A model generated the notes under the pieces. It made no database searches. It was not told the DNA's origin and was given only the letters and a program-made list of their open reading frames with translations. The position numbers were made by a program, and so were the translations under genes. From the NCBI GenBank assembly GCA_004431415.1, contig QPMI01000048.1, forward strand, positions 186,001 to 250,000: a stretch of 64,000 bases of DNA. The letters run 5' to 3'. Shown in pieces: positions 1 through 11,904 of the stretch (position 1 is its first letter; each line of letters starts with the position of its first letter). Origin of the DNA: Cyanophora paradoxa CCMP329 (taxonomy: Eukaryota; Plantae; Glaucophyta).

Positions 1-203
1 GAGGGAGACTCGAGAGGGGAGCGGAGGGAACGGGGGGCGGAGAAGGGCGAGATATCGATAAGCTTATATAATCAAGGGGGGAGAAAACTGAAGAGAGAGG
101 GGAGTTCGAGGCTGAGCCTCGGAGGCCGGGTATGAGGGGGTTGGATTGCGATTAATATTGAAGGGGATCTAGACCGCCGGACGCGAGAACCCGCGAAAGA
201 AGA

Positions 204-3200
204 ATGCCGAAGGCGCAGAAGCGCAGCCCGGAGCCGCAGGCGCCCGTCGAAGACGCAGCTGTGAAAGTCTACATCCACGAGCCCGGCATCGGCGCCCCGC
301 ACGCCAAGATCCTCCGAGGGACTGCGGCCAAGCTCGGTCCGCTGCCGCCGCGAACCGCGCTCTCCAGAGCTGCAGGCTGTCCCTTCGATCGCGAACTCTC
401 CCGATCACGCGCGCGCCCCGGCCGCAGGCTTCGCGGTGCACGCGAAGCTGGAGCCCGGCCGCACCACGCACGTCGTCATGAAGCGCTCGCTTAAAGGCAT
501 CGCCGCCGACCTTCGGATTAGCCTCGAAGAGATTCCGAACCGGGTGCGCAAAATTCGCGCTTTTCGCGGCAGCGGGCCTGGGCCGGCCGCGGCCGCGGGG
601 CGCATGCGGAAGCGCCTGACGCATCTTCAGGCCGCCCTTCATTTCGTGAAGCCGGAATGGATCGTATCTTGCGCGAATACAAAATCGCATTTTTCGGAGG
701 CGGGGTTTGCGATTCGCGAGGAACAGACCCTCGACCTGGCTGCAGCGCGAGCCCTCGCTCTGGAAAAGGCGAAAGCCCAGCCCGGCGTGACGACCTCCGT
801 CGTTGTTGGATCGGCGTCGAGCCCAATCCGGACTGTCCTGCTCACCACAGCAAAACCGAAGAAGCTGCATGCGCAATTGCGAGCCGCAGCCCAGTCTGTA
901 GAGAGCAGCTGCAGGCGCCCGCTGGAAGCTGATTTCGCGGCGGCCGCTGAATCTGGAGCATCTTCAACGGCTCCGGCGGACGCCGGCCCCGGCGCCGAAA
1001 GCTCACAGGACGGCTCAAGCTCGCGCAGCCGGCCCGAGCAGAGCACGACTTCGTCCTCGATCGAAAGCTCGTCAGCTGCGCTCGAGCTCGAGCTCGCTAG
1101 CAGCAGTACCCGAGCATCAGCTGCAGCTCACGGGTCCCCGGAGGACTTCTTTCTTCGGGTTTCGTCCGTTTTCGCGACGTCGACCGTCCGCTGCACGCCC
1201 TCCAGCTTCTTCCTACCTCCGCTTCTGCCGCCGCCCCGACTCCCCTTCAAATCAGAAGCCGGATCCGAGGTAGCCAACGGACAACATGAGTGCCCGACCG
1301 CCGCTCAGCGGCTCTGGAGTGCCAGCGGCGATTCTGCGTTTGAAAATCCGATCCGAGGTCATTCCAGCGGCAACGAGCATGACACCCCTGCGAATGTTTT
1401 CGCGGAAGAGCAGTATTTCCTCTCTGCGGCTGCGGCCGAAGAGCTGCACCGCAGATCCCAAATATTTTCTAAGCATCCGCGACTCGTGGAGACCGAAGCA
1501 GAGCCCTTGCCACCTCCGCGACCTGTGCGAAATTTAAGCATGCGCATGACTTTCAATTGTGGAGTGCCCTGATTTTTGCACTGGCGCAGGGCGGCTCGGG
1601 TGCGGGAGGGACGGCGGCGGCACGGACGGGGGGCCTGCTGGCGCGGTACCTCGGCTTCGCGAACGCCCCCACGCAGCTCGTCCATCAGGCGCGCCGCCCC
1701 CGCCCCGGCTGTCCCGCCACCGGGCCCGCCCACTGCAGCTGACGCTGCCCGGGGCCAGGCGGCGCTGGCGGCGGCGCCGGCGGAGGAGGAAGAGTGGGGC
1801 GGCGGCGCGGGCGAGTCGGTGCCGGCCACGCAGCGCGAGCTCGAGGGGGACCCGGAGGAGGGCATGGACCTCGGTGGCCCTCGGGACCCGCCGCAGGCAA
1901 GCGGCGGCACTCCGGCGACGCGCCCCGCCGCCCGCGCAGTGCGCCGCCCCCGCCCCGCGCGTGGTATCAGAGCGGGGCCGACGGGGCGGGGCGGGGCGCA
2001 GGCCTGCAGGAGGTGCCGGCGGCGGTGTGGGCGATGGCGGCGCAGGCGCGCGAGGCGAGTGCCGCGCACGTCGCCCGCGTACGCAGCCGCGAGCTCGCCG
2101 CCGCGTGGCAAGTGGGCGCGTCTCCTACAGCTGACCTCGAGCTCAGTCCGCCGAGTTTCGCGCATTGTTGATTTATTTGATCTGAATTTGCATTCCCTCA
2201 GGAAATCAACATCAAAGCGAGGCCAGCTCATCATCCACGGCCGGCGTTGCGCCAGAGCGACGGCGAAGCTTCGCGCGAAATTGGTTCCCTCGCATCGACG
2301 ACGGGGGGCCGAACCAGCGGCCGGCGCTCGAGTCGACTTCCCTCTGCCAAAGCCAGGTCCGCCGCGAAATCCAAGCACGTGTGACGCTGTCACAGTGTGC
2401 GGGCGGGATCATTCGTTATTTAATTTTCTCTAATTTGCATACATTTCGCAGGAATCGAAACTCGCTCCGTTCCCGGCCAATTTGATAATGTGCGAATCTA
2501 TCAAATCTAGTATGATCTAGGCCTCGATCGTCTCTTGATATCTTACGCTTGAGCTCGCGCGCGCGCGAACGCCGCAGAGCGGACCAGCTGCGGGAGATCC
2601 AGGCCCTCGCGCAGGCCCGCAACTTGGCCCACGACCGCTACCGCGTGAAAGTGCGCCAACCTCGCACCAGATTAAACTGAAAGCGGAACGCGAGACATGC
2701 TTCAAATATTAATTCCGGTGCTTTTCGCAGCACTACTCGATGGCGGCGACCATCATCGCCAACCTGCCCTTCGAGGCGCGCGGGGCGCCGGCGCCGGGCC
2801 GGGGACGTCATCTTAACACTAAAGAGCTTGGACGTCATCTTAACACTAAACAAAGAAACGCGAGAACGTGAATTTAAACTTCACAAAGCTAGCTCTTATA
2901 ACTAGCTATATATAGCGGAGGGCCCGCGATCGCAGGTGACGAGCGGGGAGGACGTCGAGGGCATCGAGAACATCGGCCCCAAGATCATCGAGCGGGTCCG
3001 CATGAACCTTATAACAATTGCAATCCCTGTTCTTTTAACTCCGCTCTTGATAATAGCGGTGCGACCTGAGCTGCGATGTCGACGCGCGCGCGCCCGGCGT
3101 CCGGTGCGCAGGTGGAGGAGATCCTGGCGACGGGGACGACGCAGCGGGCGCGGAACCTCGCGACGCCCGAGGCCGCCGCCTGCCGCGCCCTCTCCTCCGT

Positions 3201-5872
3201 CTGGGGCCCGCCCGAGCCCGCGCATCCGTCCCCCTCATTTTTAAATTATTTAAGGATCTTAAAATTTTCAAGCTTTAATTCATGATTACGTACACGTACA
3301 CTATGCAAAATCCTCCTATCGAATATCCTTTCACGTCTCGTCTGAGCAGGGATCGGGCACGTCGAGGCGCGGGAGCTCTACGCCAGGGGCCGCAGGACCC
3401 TGGACGACCTCCGCCGGCACGTGCGTCCGCAGTAACTCTTATCTATGGATCCGCGAAACCTTAAGCTTGGCTCTTATATATGGATCCGCGCAACCTTAAG
3501 CTTGGACCGAAACCTATAGTAGTTCATAATAGAAAGCGGCGCGGCACAAGCACGGCTGATACTCGCGTGCGTGCGCGCAGGCGGACGAGCTCACGCCCCA
3601 GCAGCGGATCGGGCTGAATCACTGCGAAGCGAGCTTTTTTTCATACGATATACATTAATACTAATTGCTCACGCGGGGATCTGCTGTTTCGCAGGACTTC
3701 GAGAAGCGCATCCCCCGCGACGAGGTCTCCGCTGCCGTTGCTGTCTTATTATAAATCCCTGCTTCATTACGGAGCCGCACAATTAATTAATTTTGTTAGA
3801 AAAAACATTTTGCTCGGATAGGTCCGGCCAGGCAGGGAGGGGGTTGCCCCCCTCCCCACGCGCCGCCGTTTCCAGCGGTTCGGCCGGACCGGAGGCGTTT
3901 TCTTTACGATACTTCGGCACCCGTCCCATGCCCCTAATTAATTTCATTAGATGTATATAAGAGCCGCAAATATCCGCAGCTTCGATTTCCTGCGGCTGTG
4001 CACGAAGGAGCTGCCCGCGGCCGTACGATTAACATTAGGGGCCGCTCATGATCAGGTGGCGCGGATGGAGGCGGAGGTGCGGGCGGCGGCGCGGCGCGTG
4101 GACGACGACCTCTACGCCGTCGCCTGCGGCTCCTACCGCCGCGGCAAGGCGCGCCCCCAAGCTTTAACTTCGTTCGGGGCTTATAATTATATATTAGCTT
4201 GATTCTTATAGATAGATCTCGCTCGTCTTGTCGCTCGCTTATCGCACTTTGTTCCTCTTGCTCTTCTTGCAATTGCTTATTGCGATTGTACTCTGCAGGC
4301 GGACTGCGGGGACTGCGACGTCCTCGTGAGCCACCCCGACGGCCGCTCGGTCCGCGCCCCACTCCGCAAGCCGCTCTAGATCTAGATCTCGCCTTCTCTA
4401 TAATTATTATAATTGGTAATTATATAAGCGCCCCACTTGGTAATTGGTAATTATATAAGCGCCCCACTTGGTAATTGGTAATTATATAAGCGCCCCACTC
4501 CGCATCCTTCTTCTCGAAGCCGATCTAGATCTCGCCTTCTTGACGCGCCCTTCAATTACATCGAATTTATTTCGCGCGCGCAGCACCGCGGAGCCCTCGC
4601 GGTTCGTCGCCCCCAGTTTCGTATTTCTGGCCTAGGCCTGATGTTCGCCGGCGCGAAAATTGTTCCATTTTCGATGCAGCCGATGCTGGAGATCCTGCGG
4701 GGCAGCGGCTTCATCACAAACACGCTCTGGCAAGCCTCGCTTCCGAATTAATTCACATGTACATCTAGCTTCCTATAGCTAAGATATTCCCGCGCATGCC
4801 AGCGTCTCGGAGAGCGCGGACCAGCTGCCCTACGGGCCCCACCGGGACGCCATCCACCGTGCGCCCCCCGCGGGCCGCGCGGGCGTCGCAGATTATAAAT
4901 AGCCTTTCGCGCTGGCGCGATTATAAATATATCGTATGCACAACAACTAATATTAGCTGCCGGCGCGCGTGCGCCGCTGGACATGTGCACGTGCCGGGCG
5001 CCTGCGCATGCGCATGCGCGTGCTCTCTTCCAAGTGCCGTTATATATGAATCAATGCCTGAGCGATTCGCGCGCACGTGTTTGCGCGCAGTGCTGCCGCA
5101 GCGTTTCTTCGGGGTGTGCCGCCTCCCGGACAGGCAAGGTGCTCATAAGCAGAACTACAAACCGGATGCCTAGCTATTGCAATACTAAACATGCGATCAT
5201 TTTCCGAATTCGGATGCCTCGCGGTCGACTCAGGCGGGTGGCTGCCGTTCCGCCGCCTGGACATCATCGTCGTACCCTACGAGCACTGGGCCTGCTCCCT
5301 CCTCTACTTGTCTGCCATACCCCTCTCGCTCCCGTCGCTGCCGGCGCCGCGTCGACGTCTGACTTCTTTTCGCAGCACGGGCTCGGGCTTGTTCAACCGC
5401 GAGCTGCGAAAGAAGGCGCGCGCGCCTTGCCCCCTTGGGCCGGGCTCGGCCCCGCGAAAAAATGTGGCTTGAAGTTCATTTCCGCACCCGCCCCGCTCGA
5501 TTCTTCGTGCTCGTGGCGACCAGGCCGGGGCGATGGGGCTGCGCCTATCGGAGAAAGGCATACGGAAAGTCAACCGCGACCCCTCCGTACGGAGCTTTTA
5601 ATCCCTGCTTCGAGCTTTGACATTTATATAAATTCTCGCTCACTGTCTACCTCCCGTCTTCGGCTGCAGAACCGGCGGATTGCGCTCTCGGATTCCCCAC
5701 TGATCCCAGTGGCCACGGAGGAGGTGCGCATGCGCGCTTCCAATTCACTGTGTATAACACCGCAATAAATGCTCTAGATCTTTGAATTTGAATTAAATTC
5801 GCATCGTTCGTTCAGGACGTCTTCGCGGTGCTGGGGGTCCCCTACGTGCCGCCCCACCTCCGGAGCTGCTGA
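204..5872 (+). CDS. POLL: DNA polymerase lambda (family X) with N-terminal BRCT domain; multi-exon
   Basis: Manual splicing gives BRCT-like (THVV...VKPEWIVSC), HhH motifs (VEGIENIGPKIIE; SVWGIG), KRIPRDEV, CGSYRRGK-ADCGDCDVL (DxD), [29 protein letters not shown], and C-terminal TEEDVFAVLGVPYVPPHLR; TGA at 5870-5872. Confidence 0.93.
4410..4499. repeat. Intronic minisatellite, about 3 x 31 bp (taattggtaattatataagcgccccacttgg)
   Basis: Three head-to-tail copies with no spacers, inside a pol lambda intron. Confidence 0.9.
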
Positions 5873-5897
5873 TCATGATTCATATTAGCTCGCGATC

Positions 5898-6146
5898 GGG
5901 CATCGCAAGTTCAAGTACATGTGTCCCAACGTTACGAGCCAACACTAATAGAATTCACGAAATCAGCAGAGGGCCCGGATCAGGTGTCGTGGGACATGGG
6001 TGTATGGCAGGGCATCGCAAGCAAATGAAAAGGGCATCGCAATTGCAAGTACATGTACCACAACGTTAACGCTACGAACTAACACTGAAAGAATACACGG
6101 CTCGCGGACTCAGCCGGGGGCCCGGACCGGATTCGTGGGGCATGGC
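5898..6146. repeat. Diverged direct duplication of about 130 bp downstream of pol lambda
   Basis: gggcatcgcaa..caagtacatgt..caacgtta..aacact..agaat..ggcccgga..tcgtggg occurs at about 5898 and about 6032. Confidence 0.6.
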
Positions 6147-7171
6147 CGTGGGGACACAATGGGGGCCCGGGGGTGTGAACAAGGGGGGGAGGGGAATTCG
6201 AAGGCCTGCCGGATTTCGCGGGAATTTCGCTTTTCGCGCCAATTGCAAGGCTCGCCGCAGCCGGCCCGCCGCGGCGCGGGCCCCCGGCCCCCCTCCGCCC
6301 CCTTCGGGCGGCTCAGCGCGGCGGCTCGCGTTTGCCCGAGGAGCTCATGATCATGCCATGGCCAGCCTATATGTCTTGACTAAAGGTCTAGGTGCGTTCG
6401 GGTTGACCATATATAGAATCGAATATTGATTTACATCGATATCGATATTAATGCATTGCAAATTGCTGTGTCGTAAAACGAAATTACAAGCTGCTAGCGC
6501 TGGAAATCAACATGATGCAATGCGTGTCCTGCCCCCTTGCTTGAAACCTAGCTCCTAAAAAACTGAGCGGTTCTGGTCGTGCTCTACAACGAAATCGAGA
6601 AATCGACGAGATATAGTAACAACGCTTCTTTACATCCAAAAATAGCTTGCTAACTGTGCATTCAACATCTCGCAGTCTACAGCTACGTAAACTTTTGAAA
6701 CCTCTACCGGTACCTGTTTATGCGGATTTCCAATACAATGCATACGCTCGCACCTAGTACAGTTCTGAAGCAGATCTAGCCTAGTTAATCTAGATCTATG
6801 ACACCCGCAACTGTACCATGAAACTGCAAGAGATGGAAACAGATTATGTACACCCGCCACACACGTGGCAGTTCGACTATAGAAAATATACCCGCACATA
6901 CGTGCACGTGGAAGTATATCAATTGCAAAGAACTACAATGAAAAAGAAGCAGGTGGCGCAGGAAGAGATCGCAGAATCAAGAGCGATTGGAAGGATACCA
7001 AGTCTACAAAAACGCGAATCGATCGACGTCGACGGTCAGAACGCATGCGCGGTTTATATATACGTACATGTACATGCACAAGAGGGGCCCCGAAAGGGCC
7101 TCAGCTATTTAATAAGACTACAGAAAGGGCTTCGTTACGAAATAGAAATGGAAAGTACATATCAACTGGCC

Positions 7172-9053
7172 CTAGAGCTCGAGGATGTGGGAGTCGCCGG
7201 CCTCGAGGCGGGCGCGGAGGCGGTTGGCGAGGGCGTGGCGGCGGAGGTGCGTGCGGTCCCAGAGGCGCCGCTGGTCGTGCCCCACCTTCACGTCGGAGCG
7301 CTCCAGGCTCCTGAGGAGCGCGCCGGCGAGCGCCGCCGACCAGGCCCCGGCGGGGTCGCAGGGGTCGCAGGGACCGGAGGAGGAGTTGGACCCGGAGGAG
7401 GAGGAGGAAGGGGACCTCGGGAGGGGGGTACCGTCGCCGTCCGACGACGAGTTCGAATCGCTGTCGGAGCCGTTGTTGTAGTTGGCGGCGGCGGTGGAGG
7501 CGGGGCGGGCGCAGTCGCAGCCGCCGCCAGCCTGCGGCGAGTTGGGGCCCGGGGCCGCGGCCGGGGACCCCGCGTTGCCGCCCTTGCGGCTGCAGCTGCG
7601 GGCCTTGAGGAAGGCTCGGACGCAGCAGCCGGTCGGGACGTCCTCCAGGGGGGCCAGGGCGAAGGCGGATTCGAAGCCGCCGGCGGCCGCCTCGTGCCGC
7701 GCAATGCACTGGAGGAGGATCGAGAGGAAGACGCGGCACCAGCCGCAGACGCCGGCCGCGGCGCCCCCCGCCGCCGGCACCAGCGCGGCCGCCGCGCCGC
7801 CGCCGCCGGCATTGCCGCTCTCAAACTCGGGGGAGCCCCACCAGAGCGCGAGGCTGACGAGGCTCGTGAAGACGTGGCGGCGCGTCACCACCGACTGGCC
7901 GCTCGCCAGCCGCACCGAGTCGCTCAGCCAGTCCGCCTGGGCCAGGGACACCGCCTCCGCCCGCGTCCACTTCGACCGAAGGGCGCGGAAGAGGGACTGG
8001 GTACCGGCGCCGGCGCCGTGTGAGATCGAGGCGCGCAGGGGTTCGAATTTGATCCTAATGAATGAATCCTAGCGCCCAGCGCTAGCCACGTACATGGCTC
8101 GGGCCCGGCGGCTCTAGCGGCCAGCTGCACGCGTGTACAGAAAATGATAAAGGGCTTAAGGAAGCTTAGAAGGTTGAATGTGAAGAAGCTTGAGCTAAAG
8201 GAAGCTCAGAAGGTTCGAATTCTAGATCTAGCTGCCGCGGGCACGCATACGCACGAGATGGAAGGCGGAGTAGCGGCGGAAGTCCACGGAGGGGACGCAG
8301 GCGGCGGAGTCGACCGTGCCGCCCACGATCGCCGCCCAGAACTGCGCGCGCGGCGCAATTCAAGTCGGGATCAAATTCACGGCGATCAAATTTTGAGGTC
8401 GAGGGCGCCCGCGCGCGGGCCGCAGCCGGGCCGGGCGGACCTCGTCGAGGAGGGCCTCCAGCTCCTCCTTCGTGGCCGGGGCCGGCCCCTCGAGATCCAA
8501 AGCCTTCGAGCTCGGGGGCTCCAAGTTCTTCTTCAAGGGCGGAGCCTGGGCCGCGGATCCGCACGGCTGCGGACGCGAGGACGCTGGTTCAGCGGCGGGG
8601 CCGGACAGGCGTTTATAATTAGCGGCCCTGTACCTTCGCGGCCTTGCAATTGACGTCGGCGTGGCCAAGGGCGGCTGTCGGGGCCCTGGCCTTGTGGCCA
8701 GCCGACCGCGGACTGGGCGACTTCGGCGCAGGCATGTGGGCGCAGGCGTGATCGTCGATGTCGGTCAGGAGGTAGACTGCCCGGGGAGGGAAGCTCGGCC
8801 GCCGCTTTGCGTGCGGGCCAGCGGGATTGGCCTGAAGCCCAGGCCTGCTGCTGTCCGTGCGCGTGGCCGCGCATGCATCCATTGCCAGCTGCGTACGCGT
8901 CGGCCCTTCGGACGCAGCTGCAGTCGGCACCGCTGCTGCTGTTGTACATGTTACAGTTTGGGACGCTGGGGTGCTGTACATCTTCGCCCTCGTAGGAAGC
9001 GCGGGGAGCCGGAGCGCAGGGGACGCGTAGGAGGAAGACATCGCAGCTCCCAT
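7172..9053 (-). CDS. Hypothetical multi-exon protein, no recognised domain
   Basis: ATG at 9053 (MGAAMSSSYASP...), exons with coding-like composition separated by short AG-ending introns, last exon ending ...RLEAGDSHILEL*. Confidence 0.55.
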
Positions 9054-9181
9054 CGTGTCCAGGCCAAGAGCCAAGAGCAACTCTGCCAGGCCGAGCAGCT
9101 CTTAAAGCTTGCAATTGCCAAGCTTGAGTTGATGGCGCTATACGCTAGCTAGGCAGTACCACACGAGTAAGAGTACTGCCC

Positions 9182-9199
9182 CTAGTTACTACTAAGTTA
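9182..9199 (-). promoter_or_regulatory. Candidate upstream element TAACTTAGTAGTAACTAG
   Basis: Exact 18-mer also at 37430-37447; both copies lie 130-200 bp upstream of an ATG in sense orientation. Confidence 0.4.
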
Positions 9200-9719
9200 G
9201 CTTCCGGCCCGAGCATGCGCACGCGCGGCTGCTCCGCTCGGCTGGTGCGGGCTCGGGCCGGGTACTGCAGCTGTCCGACGGTCACTAGCTGTGGCCGCTT
9301 CGCGGGTGCATCCATAGCCGGCGACTACAGCAGCCACTACTAGGCTACAAATAAGATGAGGACTCCGGGATCGAAGCTCGCAGATTGTGGCGCGTGGCTG
9401 CGCGTCACCGAGATCTGCGAAGCAATTGCAATTGCAAGATCCGATCGCGAATCGCGATCGCGATCACGCCGTCATCAAGGATACGGGCCATATTACGGGC
9501 CCCGTCGGAATTACGGGGTATACGTAGCGGGGATTCGCCGGGGAATCCGGGGAAAACCCGGAAAAGCCGTTAAGGGGATTGGCGGCGCAATATTAATCTG
9601 CAGCTGGCGCGAGCTTGCGAGCCGATCGCGATGCGTTATTTTTACGTTTTTTACTCGTTCGAGGGAACCTCGCGGGGAAGTTGAGCCTTAGTTGACCGGC
9701 GGAGATCGATCGGAAGCTT

Positions 9720-11800
9720 GAGCTTAACTAACGTGCTCTGTGAGCTTTTCGGAGCGCCGACGGTTGCGCAGCTTGCGCCGCAGCCACGGTGACCGTCCGA
9801 CCGTCGGACGGCCGGCGCCGCGCCGCCGGCCCGGCGGCGCCGGCGCCGGCCGCCGGCGCCGGCGGGCCGGCAGTGCAGTCACTGCAGTGCGGCGCGGGCG
9901 CCGGGCGACCGTCGCGATCGGACAGCTTGCAGGCAAGTTGCAGCCGGCTTGGGTCGCAGCCTCGCAGGCCCCCCCTTGGCGCGGCCCTCCCCTTCCCCGC
10001 CGGGACGCCGCCCCGGCCCGCCTCCACCCACGGGCCACGGCCCTCCAACGCATGGCCGGGCCCAGCTGCGAGTGCTCTGAAGGCCCCAGAGGGCGCGGGC
10101 CGGCCCCCGGCACTGACGGCCGGCCCCGGGGCAGGGCAGGGGCATCGCCTATCTAGGCGCGGGACCCCGCCTGCCGCGCACGGGTACGCCTGCGGGTTCC
10201 GTGGGGCGCCAAGGGAAGACGGCAGCAGGAGGGGTACGTATACGCTGACCGCACGGTAGGCGTGGAGGCGGGGCCTTGGGGGTCCGACGCCAGAGGCCCG
10301 GCCTTGAAACCCACCGCGAAGAAGGAAAACTCTTGAGCTTGAGCCCGCAGCCGCGAACGAAGGGAGCGGATATCGCCGAGTGTGCAGTGATGCCCCGTCG
10401 CCACGCTGCTTGAACAGCGTATGCACTTGCGTTCGCGTGTGCAGTGCAGACCCGGCCCTCCGCATAAGATCCGACCAGGGGAGGCTTGAAAGGGTCGAAA
10501 CTTAAGCGAAGGGGGTACTGTATGTGCTTGTACTCTCGTTTGCCTCGAAATTGCGGGGGTACAGCCTCAGGAGGGCACCATCGTCGGGGGAGCAGGGGAC
10601 CCCCATGGCCATCGCTGCGGCGACGATCAAGAAACAATGAAGAACAGGGGGGGGTACGGCGCACCGAACAGCTACGTGCCAGAAACGACGTGCCCGATGT
10701 CGGCCGGGGGTACACCATCAGCGACCGGCGGCTGCGGGCGCGCGGGGGGTACGCTCAGGCAGCAGACGGCGGGGGAGAGGCGTCCGGTGGCGGACTTGCT
10801 CGGGGCTCTCCCGCGTGGCCCGCCGCGCGGCCCGATCATGCGTATACCCCTCCACGCAGTCCCAGGGCTGCGAGGACACGTCATGATGATGGGGGTCAGG
10901 GCGGGAAGGTGAGGGGGTATAGTTCAGGGCCGACACGATGGGGGAAGGGGGAGAGGGAGGGGAGGGGGGGAGGGGGGGGGGTCGAACCTGCTGGAGGGGC
11001 CGCGGGCGTTACGAGGGTAGCGGCGGGTACGAGACCGCAGGCTGCGCTCCTCCACGCAGTCCGAGAGTTCGGAGGGGCCGCCAGTATCCACGCCCCGCGC
11101 GAGGGGGGCGCAGGCGGTCCGCGGCAGTAGGCGCCCCGCGCGGCCGGCGCCGTACAGGGTACGATTCCGACAGGCCCGCCGCCGCAAGCCAGCCAGCTCG
11201 AATCTCGGCGCCCCCGGGCCCGCGCCCCGCGCCCCGCGCCTCCCAACGCGCGCCCTGCGCCCGTCGCTCAGCGGAGGCATATGTCTTGCAAAACTTCAGC
11301 GGATCTGACCACTGCTGCTCGCGTACCTTCGACGCGTCCGCTGAGCGATGTCCCAGGCGCGCGTCACCCAGGCGGGCGGACGTGCACCACGGTACACGAC
11401 CCACTACAGGTCCGCGGAGCCTCCAGCGCACCCGGGATGCTGCAGCGATATATAGCTAGCCGGCCATAGGCCTCAGTCCGCGGGCCCGCGGCCGCGCCGC
11501 CTACGTCGCGGAACCGCCCTGTGAACGCGGCTGTAAGATGCCTGCGTACGTACACGCTCGATTGGCGCACCATAAACTCGTGTGAGGACCCAACTTTCCA
11601 GCGCGGGCGCCAGCGACGGCGCGCAGGCGGGGCCGATCTGCCTGCCGATTGGCGGGCAGGCAGAGCGCACGCATAGTAGCGATCGGGTGCACTGCGGCAG
11701 GCGAGCACGTCGAGCAGAACGATGACCAGCTCTGGCTCCGCGGAGCAAGCTTCGCCGAGCTGCTGGTGCAGCAGCTGCTTTTGACACCTCAATTGAAGTA
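9720..11800 (-). other. Possible spliced minus-strand transcript (gene, pseudogene or lncRNA); no product recognised
   Basis: Repeated GGGGTAC on + strand (= intronic GTACCCC motif on - strand) and gtgcgc-type donor-like sites; no convincing spliced ORF could be built. Confidence 0.25.
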
Positions 11801-11904
11801 CTCCGGTGATCGCTATACAGCCTATACTCGTCCGGCGGTGGACTGACCACCCGAGCTATCCTGTACCCAGGAGCTAGCTTTCTCTGTCGGCCCAGAAGTT
11901 CGCC

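Noticed and set aside
4410-4499. 31-bp repeats as a CRISPR array
   Set aside because: Head-to-tail with no spacers, inside a eukaryotic intron, no cas genes.
6818-8023. 401-aa plus-strand ORF
   Set aside because: Antisense shadow of the minus-strand gene in high-GC DNA; no domain signal.
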